The notes: a model not told the origin generated them from the letters alone. A stretch of DNA of 64,000 nt from an uncultured Candidatus Actinomarina sp. (GCA_902619825.1 CACNFT010000003.1:10473-74472); one strand, 5' to 3'; counted from the first letter of the stretch, positions 31,454 through 40,314 are shown. A program made the numbers and translations.

Positions 31454-31822
31454 TTAACTATTTGTTTCTTCTGTGTCTTTTTCTTCTTGTTCGTATCTAT
31501 TTAGAGCAAGCATAAACATAATAAAAAGTATTAAAGATCCGACAAAATAAGTAATTGGAATAATTCTTATTTCTAGAGCGTTTAGACCATCTATTGATGA
31601 TGGGGCTGGGCCCCTAGGAGCATAAAGTATAAACAGAAATGAATTAATAACTAGCCAACCAAAAGTTGCAGCTCCAACAACAAGGAAGCCAAGTCTTCTA
31701 CCTAAGTTTGTTGCGTTCAAAATAAAAGTTGATCCAAAAAATGAGAGAACAAAAAAAACAAAAAGAAAAATTCCTGTAAATGTCAAATTAGATGACAACA
31801 GGGTTCTCATTATTTCACGCAT
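31454..31822 (-). CDS. small membrane protein (3 TM), possible accessory subunit of the respiratory complex
   Basis: 122 aa. Its start overlaps the stop of the cytochrome c gene by 8 nt, suggesting translational coupling. Confidence 0.4.
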   Translation of the reverse strand: MREIMRTLLSSNLTFTGIFLFVFFVLSFFGSTFILNATNLGRRLGFLVVGAATFGWLVINSFLFILYAPRGPAPSSIDGLNALEIRIIPITYFVGSLILFIMFMLALNRYEQEEKDTEETNS

Positions 31823-33239
31823 CAGGTGTCATTCCTCTCAAATAATCTATAACCAATTCTATATCTGACTGTGGAAGTACCGCACCAAATCCTGGCATTT
31901 TTCCACCACCAACTCCATTAACTCCATAACCTTTACCATTGACAGAACCATTAATAATAAAATCGATAAAGTCATCTCTCTCTTTAAACTGAATGTTTAC
32001 TCGTCCACCTTTTAATGCAGGGCCTAAACCTCCAGAGCCAATTGTTTTTGTATATGCAGCTCCTGCAGAGTATCCAGCAGTGTGACATCTCGCACAATAT
32101 GCATTAAATATTCCTACTGCTCTTGTTGCTTTGTCATAATCTCCATCAAAAGTTGAATCTGCAATATCTTGAAAATCAATAAGCCATAATTTTTGTTCGT
32201 AGGCATTTTCAAGAAATGCTAAACCTTTTTCTGCTTCCTGCATAAATTTGTCATAACCATCAGTAAGTATTCCTAGATTAATAACACTCGTTTCGAGATC
32301 AGAAAGATATCCTCTAACAACTGATGCATCTTTTCTTCCTGGAGTTGATTCTTCTTCATCTGGGTTTAGATTTAAAATTGCAGTACCCAAAATATCTGCA
32401 ATACTTTCACTGTAAACTGATATATCTGTTTCTACTGAATCAAAAAGTCCATCTTCATCGGTATCGATTCCGTTCTGCCTTGCTAGGATGGCAGAAACAA
32501 TTTCAACAGCTTCAATTGCAACAGGTAATCTTTCCGGAGCCAACATTATGTTATTGATAAGTTCATTTTGTTTGTTTATCTCACTTTCAACTTGTAAATC
32601 GGAGTTTTCAATGCGTAACAAAGATGAATTTATATTTTGTTCAATTTGTTGAAGTTCCTCACTTTGTGGAATTTGAAAATAATGCAAATACTCTATCAAA
32701 TCGTCAAGCTGTCCATCATTCATTGGACCTCCACCTTTAAGACCCCAAGCTGGCATAGGTGAGTTTGCTCTACCGTATATAAGCCAATACCTAACTTCAT
32801 CATCATCATATCTATAAAATACATTGTTTATTGCAGGGGCTACCCATGTAACACTTACACCACTTCTTTTTTCAACATATGAAGCTGCTCCTCCACTACC
32901 ATCTACTCCATGGCAGTTTCCGCAGCCAAACTCTTCATAAAGATGATGTCCTCTTTCAACTGAAACATCGTCAAACTCTTCTACAAAACTCTCTTGTCGA
33001 GCTGGTTCACCGAGATAATAAAGTGGGATCATAATTGTAAGTAAAGAAGCTAGGACAACTGCTATTGATAATGTTTTATCAAGATGAGTGGTCTCTAATT
33101 CATCATCTGGAAGATATTTTTGTAAATTTCTTGGTACTTTTTTGATTTTTCCTGCACCACGAAAACCAACTGCGGAAAAATAAGCTATTGCCCCAACAAC
33201 AGCTAAGGCAATTAATGTTATGAAAAATGAGCTGTTCAC
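31815..33239 (-). CDS. membrane-anchored diheme cytochrome c (QcrC-like)
   Basis: Two CxxCH sites (CGNCHG and CARCHT). N-terminal TM. Lies directly downstream of the Rieske gene. Confidence 0.75.
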   Translation of the reverse strand: MNSSFFITLIALAVVGAIAYFSAVGFRGAGKIKKVPRNLQKYLPDDELETTHLDKTLSIAVVLASLLTIMIPLYYLGEPARQESFVEEFDDVSVERGHHLYEEFGCGNCHGVDGSGGAASYVEKRSGVSVTWVAPAINNVFYRYDDDEVRYWLIYGRANSPMPAWGLKGGGPMNDGQLDDLIEYLHYFQIPQSEELQQIEQNINSSLLRIENSDLQVESEINKQNELINNIMLAPERLPVAIEAVEIVSAILARQNGIDTDEDGLFDSVETDISVYSESIADILGTAILNLNPDEEESTPGRKDASVVRGYLSDLETSVINLGILTDGYDKFMQEAEKGLAFLENAYEQKLWLIDFQDIADSTFDGDYDKATRAVGIFNAYCARCHTAGYSAGAAYTKTIGSGGLGPALKGGRVNIQFKERDDFIDFIINGSVNGKGYGVNGVGGGKMPGFGAVLPQSDIELVIDYLRGMTPDA

Positions 33240-33241
33240 TT

Positions 33242-34120
33242 TTATTCCTCAGTCTCTGCAATCGTAATACACGAAAGTCCTTGTGGATATTTCACAGACA
33301 TACCACCAGCACGTGGTGATTCGATGACTGATCCAGTGTCAATAATTAATTTTCCACCCGAAACACTTACAATAAATCTATCTAAGTTTCTTGGAGCGGG
33401 GCCTGCATAATACTCCCCAACCATGTTGTATTTCGAACCATGACATGGACATTCAAATCCTTGAGAAGTGTTACACCATGGAACACGACAGCCTAAATGA
33501 ACACATCTTTGATAAACAGCAACTAAACCTTCTGCAATGGTTCCACTATCAGAAAACTGAGAGTTACCATTATCATCAAATGGTAAGACGTAAGCTCTTG
33601 CTTCTGGAATGAATGCAGGAATAACTGAACCATCTGATTGAAAAATTTGGTTTTTAAGATCATCAACTCTTCCAGCATCTATTTTAGATCCAAAACCTCC
33701 GGAAACTTTTGGATAAAAGAATCCAAGCCAAGAAATTAATTGGATACCAGCAAATGCTCCAAACGTTATTCCAAGAGCTTTACCCAAAAATTGTCTGCGA
33801 GTCATTCCAGCTTCTTCCTCTGAAATTTCTTCATAAATAATTTCTTCTTTTATAGCAATGGATCCATCGGTTTGAATTTCTTCTTCCTCTTGTTCATCAT
33901 CTTCGGATACGTTTTCTTCTTCAAAATCTGGTTCATCTGGAGCTAAAAAATTTGTTTGAGATTTATCAACTTTTAAAGCTTTTTTGTCTAAATTCTTTTT
34001 CCAATTTAATCTTTTTGTTACAGCCTTTGGGGTTCTTCCAGTTACTACAGCTGCAATTCCAATTACACCAAATACACCAATAAATGCGATTGCAATAAAT
34101 GAAAGCTCAACAAGAGTCAT
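33242..34120 (-). CDS. Rieske [2Fe-2S] iron-sulfur subunit with N-terminal TM, acidic linker and internal twin-arginine motif
   Basis: Rieske boxes CVHLGC and CPCHGS. TRRQFLGKALG Tat motif around residue 107, preceded by an extra TM helix and an E/D-rich segment. Confidence 0.85.
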   Translation of the reverse strand: MTLVELSFIAIAFIGVFGVIGIAAVVTGRTPKAVTKRLNWKKNLDKKALKVDKSQTNFLAPDEPDFEEENVSEDDEQEEEEIQTDGSIAIKEEIIYEEISEEEAGMTRRQFLGKALGITFGAFAGIQLISWLGFFYPKVSGGFGSKIDAGRVDDLKNQIFQSDGSVIPAFIPEARAYVLPFDDNGNSQFSDSGTIAEGLVAVYQRCVHLGCRVPWCNTSQGFECPCHGSKYNMVGEYYAGPAPRNLDRFIVSVSGGKLIIDTGSVIESPRAGGMSVKYPQGLSCITIAETEE

Positions 34121-35031
34121 TCGAAATGGACCCAGTCAAGTAAGTCATCGAACCATACACCATCAATCCATGGATAAGTCCAGTTCCAACCTGGGCCTCT
34201 AAATAAAATACCTATAAGACTTAATGTTCCAGCACCTGCAAGAAAAAAGGTCCACAACATTATTGCATACTTTCTTTTTGAAGGCTTATTTTCTTTATTT
34301 CGATCAATATATGGAATTGCCATAAATGCTGCAACACCAATTAGAAGAGGTATCATCACACCTGCGATCTGTGGATCCCAATAGGAGAGTAATTCTTGTA
34401 ATCCTAAAAAGTACCATGGTGCTTTTGCAGGGTTTGGTGTAATATTTGGATTTGCTTCTTCTAATAAAGGAGCTTGCAAAATTGCACTTATAAAAATCAA
34501 AAACGCTGTCATTGCCATTAATGAAATAAACTCTGGCAACATTAGATGAGGCCATGTGTTTACTTTATCAACTGGTTCAGAAGTTGGTTTTTGTATTGGC
34601 TTTGCTTTGACTACTGTAAGCAACCTTTGTGTTACTTTTGTCTCAGGAGCAAAATCTACTTCGGTAGGTACCTGTCCATTTGATTTTTCAGGTGCAGGAG
34701 CTGGTGCTTCTTTGACTGCAGACGCTGCTGCTGGTGTTTCTTTGACCTCAGCTGCTGGTGGCGCTGTTTCTTTGACTTCAGCTGCTGGTGGTGGTGTTTC
34801 TTTGACTTCAACTGCTGGTGGCGCTGTTTCTTTGACCTCAGCTGCTGGTGGCGGTGTTTCTTTGACTTCTACTTCAATTGGAGTAACTTCAATTACATCT
34901 GGTTCTTTCTCAATTTTGGTAGGTTGTACTTCACCTCTCATTTCAGCCAGAGCTTGTTCAACTGAAATACCTAAGGCCTTGGCTCTTGCTTCTGCAGTTT
35001 TTAATAATAAATGTTCTGGAATATCAACCAT
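34117..35031 (-). CDS. cytochrome b C-terminal half (b6f subunit IV-like) with N-terminal helical module and a Pro/Ala-rich repeat linker
   Basis: C-terminal NPNITPNPAKAPWYFLGLQELL matches the conserved P-E-W-Y region of cytochrome b / SUIV. The N-terminal ~40 aa (LLLKTAEARAKALGISVEQALAEM) are hydrophilic. Contains 5x AEVKETPPPA repeats. Confidence 0.75.
   Translation of the reverse strand: MVDIPEHLLLKTAEARAKALGISVEQALAEMRGEVQPTKIEKEPDVIEVTPIEVEVKETPPPAAEVKETAPPAVEVKETPPPAAEVKETAPPAAEVKETPAAASAVKEAPAPAPEKSNGQVPTEVDFAPETKVTQRLLTVVKAKPIQKPTSEPVDKVNTWPHLMLPEFISLMAMTAFLIFISAILQAPLLEEANPNITPNPAKAPWYFLGLQELLSYWDPQIAGVMIPLLIGVAAFMAIPYIDRNKENKPSKRKYAIMLWTFFLAGAGTLSLIGILFRGPGWNWTYPWIDGVWFDDLLDWVHFE
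34711..34870 (-). repeat. about 5 tandem copies of a 30-bp repeat encoding AEVKETPPPA inside the SUIV-like gene
   Basis: The unit TTTGAC(C/T)TCAGCTGCTGGTGG(C/T)G(C/G)TGTTTC recurs at 30-bp periodicity. Confidence 0.85.
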
Positions 35032-35037
35032 ACATAT

Positions 35038-35817
35038 CTATAGAGGACCTGAGATCCCTCCATCCTTTCTTACTCGCCAGAAATGAATTGCCATAAAAAT
35101 TACAATGATGAAAGGAAAAAATAGAACATGTAAAACATAAAATCTAAGAAGTGTTGCTTCAGTAGCTTCTAGTCCTGCAAATAAGGCAAACTTTACTTGA
35201 GCACCAAAAACAGGAGTGTATCCTGCCATATTTCCACCAACTGTCACAGCCCAAATTGCTAACTGATCCCATGGAAGTAAATAGCCAGTGAATGAAAGTA
35301 AGAGTGTAAGAATTAATAATATAACTCCAATCACCCAGTTAAACTCTCTAGGTGCTTTGTACGCCCCATGATAAAAAACTCGAGACATGTGAAGAAATAC
35401 TACTAACACCATGATATGGGCCGCCCATCTGTGCATATTTCTAACAAGTGATCCAAATGCAATACTTGTCTGTAAAGATTGGATATCAACATACGCCATT
35501 TCTGTAGGCCTAAAGTAAAACATTAACCAAATACCAGTTATGGTCAAAACAATAAAAGTAAAGAAACTTAATCCTCCAAGACAAAGGGTGTATGATAACC
35601 TCACGCCATGTCTTTTTACTTTTACTGGGTGAAGGTGATATAAAACATTGTTCATAACAACATAAGATCTGTTTCTTGGGCTATCGGAATAGCCTTTCCT
35701 AAATGGAGAACCAGGTCTAAAAATACTTCCCCAAAGCGTGCTTTCTTTAAGCGAATCACCAAGACCAGAACTTATGTCTTTTAATCTATCTTTAAATTTA
35801 ATTTTTTCGTTTTTCAT
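35038..35817 (-). CDS. cytochrome b N-terminal half (b6-like), heme-binding
   Basis: 4 TM with His pairs as in cytochrome b (VRNMHRWAAHIMVLVVFLHM ... HFWRV). Confidence 0.8.
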   Translation of the reverse strand: MKNEKIKFKDRLKDISSGLGDSLKESTLWGSIFRPGSPFRKGYSDSPRNRSYVVMNNVLYHLHPVKVKRHGVRLSYTLCLGGLSFFTFIVLTITGIWLMFYFRPTEMAYVDIQSLQTSIAFGSLVRNMHRWAAHIMVLVVFLHMSRVFYHGAYKAPREFNWVIGVILLILTLLLSFTGYLLPWDQLAIWAVTVGGNMAGYTPVFGAQVKFALFAGLEATEATLLRFYVLHVLFFPFIIVIFMAIHFWRVRKDGGISGPL

Positions 35818-36272
35818 TAAAGTCTTCCATATATATAGCCATGACGGTCACTTCTCTCTCCAGAGTCTTCATCCCATGGAGATTCATAAACACCATTCTT
35901 TATTGCTGCATCTGCTAAAGATCCAGCAAACTTACCAAGCGATATAACCCCTGTTGGGCACCTATCAACACATAATGCACATCTTGTACAAGCTTCTTCA
36001 TCTACAACAAAGAATCCCGTTTCATTATCTTCCATGTTAGGAGCTTCCACATTTATAGAGTCTTCTATAGCGTCTGTTGATAAGTAATGTATGCACTTCC
36101 ATGGACAGATATCTACACATCCTTCACATAAAATGCACTCTGCCTCATCAATATGTAAAAACTGTTTTGGCCTTACTCTTGAAGAAACCTTTTCCGCGTC
36201 TACCATCGCTAAATTGTATTTTTTTTCAAATTCAGGCATTTCAATAAGTACTTCTGATTTAGCCATCAGCAC
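35817..36272 (-). CDS. 2[4Fe-4S] dicluster ferredoxin-domain protein encoded within the Rieske/cytochrome b operon
   Basis: CILCEGCVDICP and CTRCALCVDRCP motifs. Its stop overlaps the cytochrome b6-like start codon. Confidence 0.75.
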   Translation of the reverse strand: MLMAKSEVLIEMPEFEKKYNLAMVDAEKVSSRVRPKQFLHIDEAECILCEGCVDICPWKCIHYLSTDAIEDSINVEAPNMEDNETGFFVVDEEACTRCALCVDRCPTGVISLGKFAGSLADAAIKNGVYESPWDEDSGERSDRHGYIYGRL

Positions 36273-36852
36273 CTACCTTCACGACTTGTTTTCCATAATC
36301 AGAAACTCTAGTTTTTCCTCTTTCTTTTGCTTCGTTGATATCTTGAATTAGATACCCTACTACAAAAGCTGTCACTAATGCTCCACCTGATATACCAAGT
36401 TGAATAATGTCTTTCAGAGCTCCGAGGCTCATTCCTATTTCGTTACCTAAAAATAAAATTGGAGGAAAGTTGATAAACTCTCTTTGATTTGTCCATTCAA
36501 GAGGTCCTTGAGAAAGGTTTAACCACTCTGAAGGCAATACACCAAATATAAGTGCAAATTGTATCCAACTAAGAAATGCGAGATATGTTGCTCTGGCCCA
36601 AGTTAATTCAGAATCTTGCCATGCAAGCATTGCCATTCCGATCAATAGAAATTGACCTGCACCAAAAGCAATGAGTTGCCCGATGGTTTGCATTAGCCAT
36701 CCCCTAGGCATCCAATTAAAATAATCGATTACTTCGCCTTCTGGAAATCCAGCGAAATGTGCAATAATTACTCCAATTGTTATGCCACCTACTCCAGCAA
36801 AAATTAAAGCAACTCCGATTTTGTATCGGTTAATAAATATAAAATTTAACAA
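36259..36852 (-). CDS. hypothetical integral membrane protein, first gene of the Rieske/cytochrome b operon
   Basis: 197 aa with ~5 TM. Overlaps the ferredoxin gene by 14 nt. Confidence 0.45.
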   Translation of the reverse strand: MLNFIFINRYKIGVALIFAGVGGITIGVIIAHFAGFPEGEVIDYFNWMPRGWLMQTIGQLIAFGAGQFLLIGMAMLAWQDSELTWARATYLAFLSWIQFALIFGVLPSEWLNLSQGPLEWTNQREFINFPPILFLGNEIGMSLGALKDIIQLGISGGALVTAFVVGYLIQDINEAKERGKTRVSDYGKQVVKVGADG

Positions 36853-37021
36853 GTTTCCCTCAACACGTTATATACTCAAAACCTTCAATATCTATTCTAT
36901 CAAGGATTACCTAGATATTATAAATTTTATAACCCAACTTTTTCAAAAAATTACTAATTTTATTGGAGTAATTTCTATGGTTTAATAGTAAAGTCAAATT
37001 GAGTACTTACTTTTTAAATTA

Positions 37022-38425
37022 ATGAGAATAAAAATTTTTCCAAAAAATGAACAAGCGTTTTCAAAATTTTTTATTGTTTTAACTCCACTTTTTTTGCTTC
37101 TTTTAGGAACTATTGCATTAACGAAAGAGGCTTATTTCATTTTTGCAGCCATACTCCCTCAAAATAGTTTTCTCAATAGTGGATATTTAGAAAAACTAAA
37201 TAACCATATAACTTACAATTTGATGCTTTCATTTTTAATTGTGTTTTTGACTGTTTACTTATTACCAAAAACACTTGGAAGAAAATTAATAATATTCCCA
37301 ATTTTTTTTCTAACTTCATTAGGAGTTATTGGATTGGAGTCACTTGATCTATTATTAGGAATATTATTTCCTAATAGTTTTTTGTTCTTTGGAAATACTA
37401 GTTATACATTAATTTTTAAAATTTTAATATTTTTTGCCTTTGTTGGACTCATTATTTTAAATATATTGGCCAAAAAAGAAGCTTCTCTGTTTGTTAGTAG
37501 TCAGTATCTTTTTGGTGCAAGTATTTTTTATTTGATATCACTTCTAATTTATAGGGCTGATTTTGTTGTATTTAGCGACAATTTTTTCATTAATTCAATG
37601 TATGTTTCAACACATATATATGTCGGATATTCGTTCGTATTTCTATCATTACTTCATTTCATGATTACAAAAGGTATAAATGCTACGTTATACAGTAAAA
37701 CATTAGGATCTATTGGATTTTGGGGATTCTTGTTTCTTATTCCTTGGTCAAATTTTAAATTTTACTTTGGTTCTGTATTGCCAAATTGGATAGAAAATAT
37801 ATCTCTTTATTTGTCTATGAGTTTGTCTCTCCCACTGCTTGCTATAGCTGTAAATTTCTTCAGAACGGTTTCAACGAGAATTGAGGAAAATAAAGTAATT
37901 TATAGTCTTATAAGTTTCTCGTTTGGGATATTTGTTATAACAAATATCTTTCAAATTGTGTCCTCGCTCTCAAATATCATTCCCATATTGAGTCTTACAA
38001 ATTTTGAGATAGCAATTAGATATGGATATGTTTTCAGTGCAATATTAATTACAATCTCGTTTGTTTATTATCTGATTCCTAAAATCTTTGGAAGAGAAGT
38101 CAAATTTTCAAGGCTTGAATCTTTAACTAGTTTTCTATTAAAACTTGTGGTGTCTTTAACATTATTTTCTAATGCTTTAATCGGAATTATTTCTGGTTAC
38201 TCATGGAATGCTGGTGCCAATGCAGGAAACCCAACAATCTATGGTGAAGGGTTCAGTTTATTGTGGTCACTAATCAGTACTCCTTTAACGCTAAATATGT
38301 TTTTATCTTTGACATTACTTCTGCCATTTCTGTTGTTTTTCATTTCAGTCGTCAAGGCTGTAGTAAATGGAGAAATTACAGAAGCAGAAACAATTGAACT
38401 TACTGAAGAGGAGCTTCCAGTATGA
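37022..38425 (+). CDS. polytopic membrane protein (about 12 TM) of unknown function, first gene of a cytochrome c operon
   Basis: 467 aa. Overlaps the next gene by 4 nt. One segment (VYYLIPKIFGREVKFSRL) vaguely recalls a cbb3 CcoN helix, but the His metal ligands are absent. Confidence 0.45.
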   Translation: MRIKIFPKNEQAFSKFFIVLTPLFLLLLGTIALTKEAYFIFAAILPQNSFLNSGYLEKLNNHITYNLMLSFLIVFLTVYLLPKTLGRKLIIFPIFFLTSLGVIGLESLDLLLGILFPNSFLFFGNTSYTLIFKILIFFAFVGLIILNILAKKEASLFVSSQYLFGASIFYLISLLIYRADFVVFSDNFFINSMYVSTHIYVGYSFVFLSLLHFMITKGINATLYSKTLGSIGFWGFLFLIPWSNFKFYFGSVLPNWIENISLYLSMSLSLPLLAIAVNFFRTVSTRIEENKVIYSLISFSFGIFVITNIFQIVSSLSNIIPILSLTNFEIAIRYGYVFSAILITISFVYYLIPKIFGREVKFSRLESLTSFLLKLVVSLTLFSNALIGIISGYSWNAGANAGNPTIYGEGFSLLWSLISTPLTLNMFLSLTLLLPFLLFFISVVKAVVNGEITEAETIELTEEELPV

Positions 38426-38620
38426 GTGAACTCTTAAGTAAAGTTGCTGAATTATTAAACGCGCCAGAATCATTGGTGCAACGATCTGCTGAAGCAAGAG
38501 CAGAGGCCTCTGGAAGAACTGTAGATGAAGTTTTACAATCCTGGGCTGGAGGAGAGTCTGTGGCTGCTGCAGAAAAACCTGTCGAAGAAACACCTCCTGT
38601 GGAAGAAGTGGCACAACCTA
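38422..38620 (+). repeat. 199-bp perfect direct repeat, copy 1 (5' end of the first cytochrome c gene)
   Basis: Identical to 39236-39434. The antisense shadow ORFs 38345-38614 and 39210-39428 encode the same peptide, which confirms the identity. Confidence 0.9.
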
Positions 38621-39243
38621 TAGAGAAACCTGTAGAAACATCAGAAGAGGAAAAAGATGAAGAACAAGAATCAACTGAAGAATCATCAATTGTTTTTGAT
38701 GAAAATGTTTCTGAATTGATTACGGAGGTATTAATAGAAGAAGAAAATGTTGCAGTAAAAAAAGAAAGTTCGATTGGATTTATTGCCGGTGTAATTGGAG
38801 TAGTTGTCTTTACATACCTATTTGCTTTCTCAATACCAAAACAACAAAGCGAGGAATTAGTCAGACAATCTTTAAATAATTCAATTCAAGTTAGTGATGA
38901 TATATTAAAAGGAGCAATTGTGTATAACCAATTAAATTGTCAATCATGTCATACACAAAATGTAAGAATACTTATTCCTGATTCACAAAATGGAAAAATA
39001 CTAAAAAATCAACTTGCAGATAAAAATATTATAGAAAATACTGGGTTACTTAGATTAGCTACTGACCTATCAACATTTGGAAATAGGGAGCCAATAAACC
39101 AAAAAGCATGGCTACAAAGATATTTAACTCAACCTTCCTCTGTAAGAGAAGAAATACCCCATCCATCAGTAAATTTCCTTACCGATCAAGATTTAGATTA
39201 TTTGATAACTTATTTATTATCTTTAGGAAGTACAAATGAGTGA
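38422..39243 (+). CDS. membrane-anchored mono-heme cytochrome c with N-terminal cytoplasmic helical module
   Basis: CQSCHT heme site, one TM (IGFIAGVIGVVVFTYLFAF), and an N-terminal 66 aa identical to the next gene. Confidence 0.7.
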   Translation: MSELLSKVAELLNAPESLVQRSAEARAEASGRTVDEVLQSWAGGESVAAAEKPVEETPPVEEVAQPIEKPVETSEEEKDEEQESTEESSIVFDENVSELITEVLIEEENVAVKKESSIGFIAGVIGVVVFTYLFAFSIPKQQSEELVRQSLNNSIQVSDDILKGAIVYNQLNCQSCHTQNVRILIPDSQNGKILKNQLADKNIIENTGLLRLATDLSTFGNREPINQKAWLQRYLTQPSSVREEIPHPSVNFLTDQDLDYLITYLLSLGSTNE

Positions 39244-39434
39244 ACTCTTAAGTAAAGTTGCTGAATTATTAAACGCGCCAGAATCATTGGTGCAACGATC
39301 TGCTGAAGCAAGAGCAGAGGCCTCTGGAAGAACTGTAGATGAAGTTTTACAATCCTGGGCTGGAGGAGAGTCTGTGGCTGCTGCAGAAAAACCTGTCGAA
39401 GAAACACCTCCTGTGGAAGAAGTGGCACAACCAG
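39236..39434 (+). repeat. 199-bp perfect direct repeat, copy 2 (5' end of the second cytochrome c gene)
   Basis: See copy 1. Confidence 0.9.
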
Positions 39435-40186
39435 TTGATGAAAAAAAAGATGTAGAGGAACCCAAAGAAGAGTCTGTAGAAATAATCAAGAATGAGAGCG
39501 AAAAATTACCAACTGTATCTTCTCAAACAAATATAAAAAAAGTTATACAAAAAGTATCTTTTGCAAATAAGACATTGGATATAAAGGTAAATGCGGAAAC
39601 ATCTTTGCCGAGATGGCTAAATTTTAGTTTTGTATTTATTCCTCTCTTTATTGTTATTGGGATAATCAATACATCATCGACACAAGAATGTGGGGAGAAT
39701 GGAATTTTAGATGTTGATCGAAAAACTCAATTAACTGTGAATTGTGATGGATCGCCATTTGAAGGTAAAGGTGTTGGATCTGCAAGCTCAATAAACTATA
39801 TCGCACTTGGACAACAAGTTTATTCTGGCGCTGCTGCTTGTGCTGGTTGTCATGGAGTAAATGGTGGCGGCGGGGTAGGTCCTGCATTTACAGGTGGAGA
39901 GCTTTATACAACTTTTCCAACTTGTAGTGATCATGCATTGTGGATTGAACTTGGTTCTGCAGGTTGGCAGGCTGAAATTGGACCCGCATATGGAGCAGAG
40001 AATAAAGTATCAATCGGCGGAATGCCCGGATTTGTAGGAAAACTTACTGAAGATGAGATTTACGCAGTTGTGGTTTTTGAAAGAGTAGTATTTGGTGGTG
40101 GAAATACTGACGAAGTACTCGAAGACTGTGGACTTCTTGAAACAGATGAGGAAATCACTACAGAAGCTATTGAGCCAACTGGTTAA
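39236..40186 (+). CDS. membrane-anchored mono-heme cytochrome c, paralog of the upstream gene
   Basis: CAGCHG heme site, one TM, and the same N-terminal 66 aa module as the previous gene. Confidence 0.7.
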   Translation: MSELLSKVAELLNAPESLVQRSAEARAEASGRTVDEVLQSWAGGESVAAAEKPVEETPPVEEVAQPVDEKKDVEEPKEESVEIIKNESEKLPTVSSQTNIKKVIQKVSFANKTLDIKVNAETSLPRWLNFSFVFIPLFIVIGIINTSSTQECGENGILDVDRKTQLTVNCDGSPFEGKGVGSASSINYIALGQQVYSGAAACAGCHGVNGGGGVGPAFTGGELYTTFPTCSDHALWIELGSAGWQAEIGPAYGAENKVSIGGMPGFVGKLTEDEIYAVVVFERVVFGGGNTDEVLEDCGLLETDEEITTEAIEPTG

Positions 40187-40314
40187 ATAATCACAAAAAA
40201 TCAAGTTGATTGTTATAAGATTCAAACTATTATTTTTTTATGTTACCTGCAATATATATTCATATATTTTTAATCGCTTTTAGCATTGTTCTCTTTTACG
40301 TTGTTTTATAAATT

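Noticed and set aside
31454-31822. An NfeD-like partner of the SPFH protein.
   Set aside because: The small membrane protein lacks the C-terminal OB-fold segment of NfeD and is translationally coupled to the cytochrome c gene instead. It more likely belongs with the respiratory operon.
37022-38425. The possibility that the 467-aa membrane protein is a heme-copper oxidase subunit I (CcoN-like), based on a YYLIPK...R.V.S.RL segment.
   Set aside because: Only about 3 His residues in the whole protein and none of the conserved heme/CuB ligand positions. The resemblance is a single helix and is probably fortuitous. Kept only as a caveat.
38345-39428. Two identical minus-strand ORFs (38345-38614 and 39210-39428), both encoding MPLLPQEVFLRQ...
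   Set aside because: They are the antisense image of the 199-bp duplicated 5' module of the two cytochrome c genes, so they are not independent genes.
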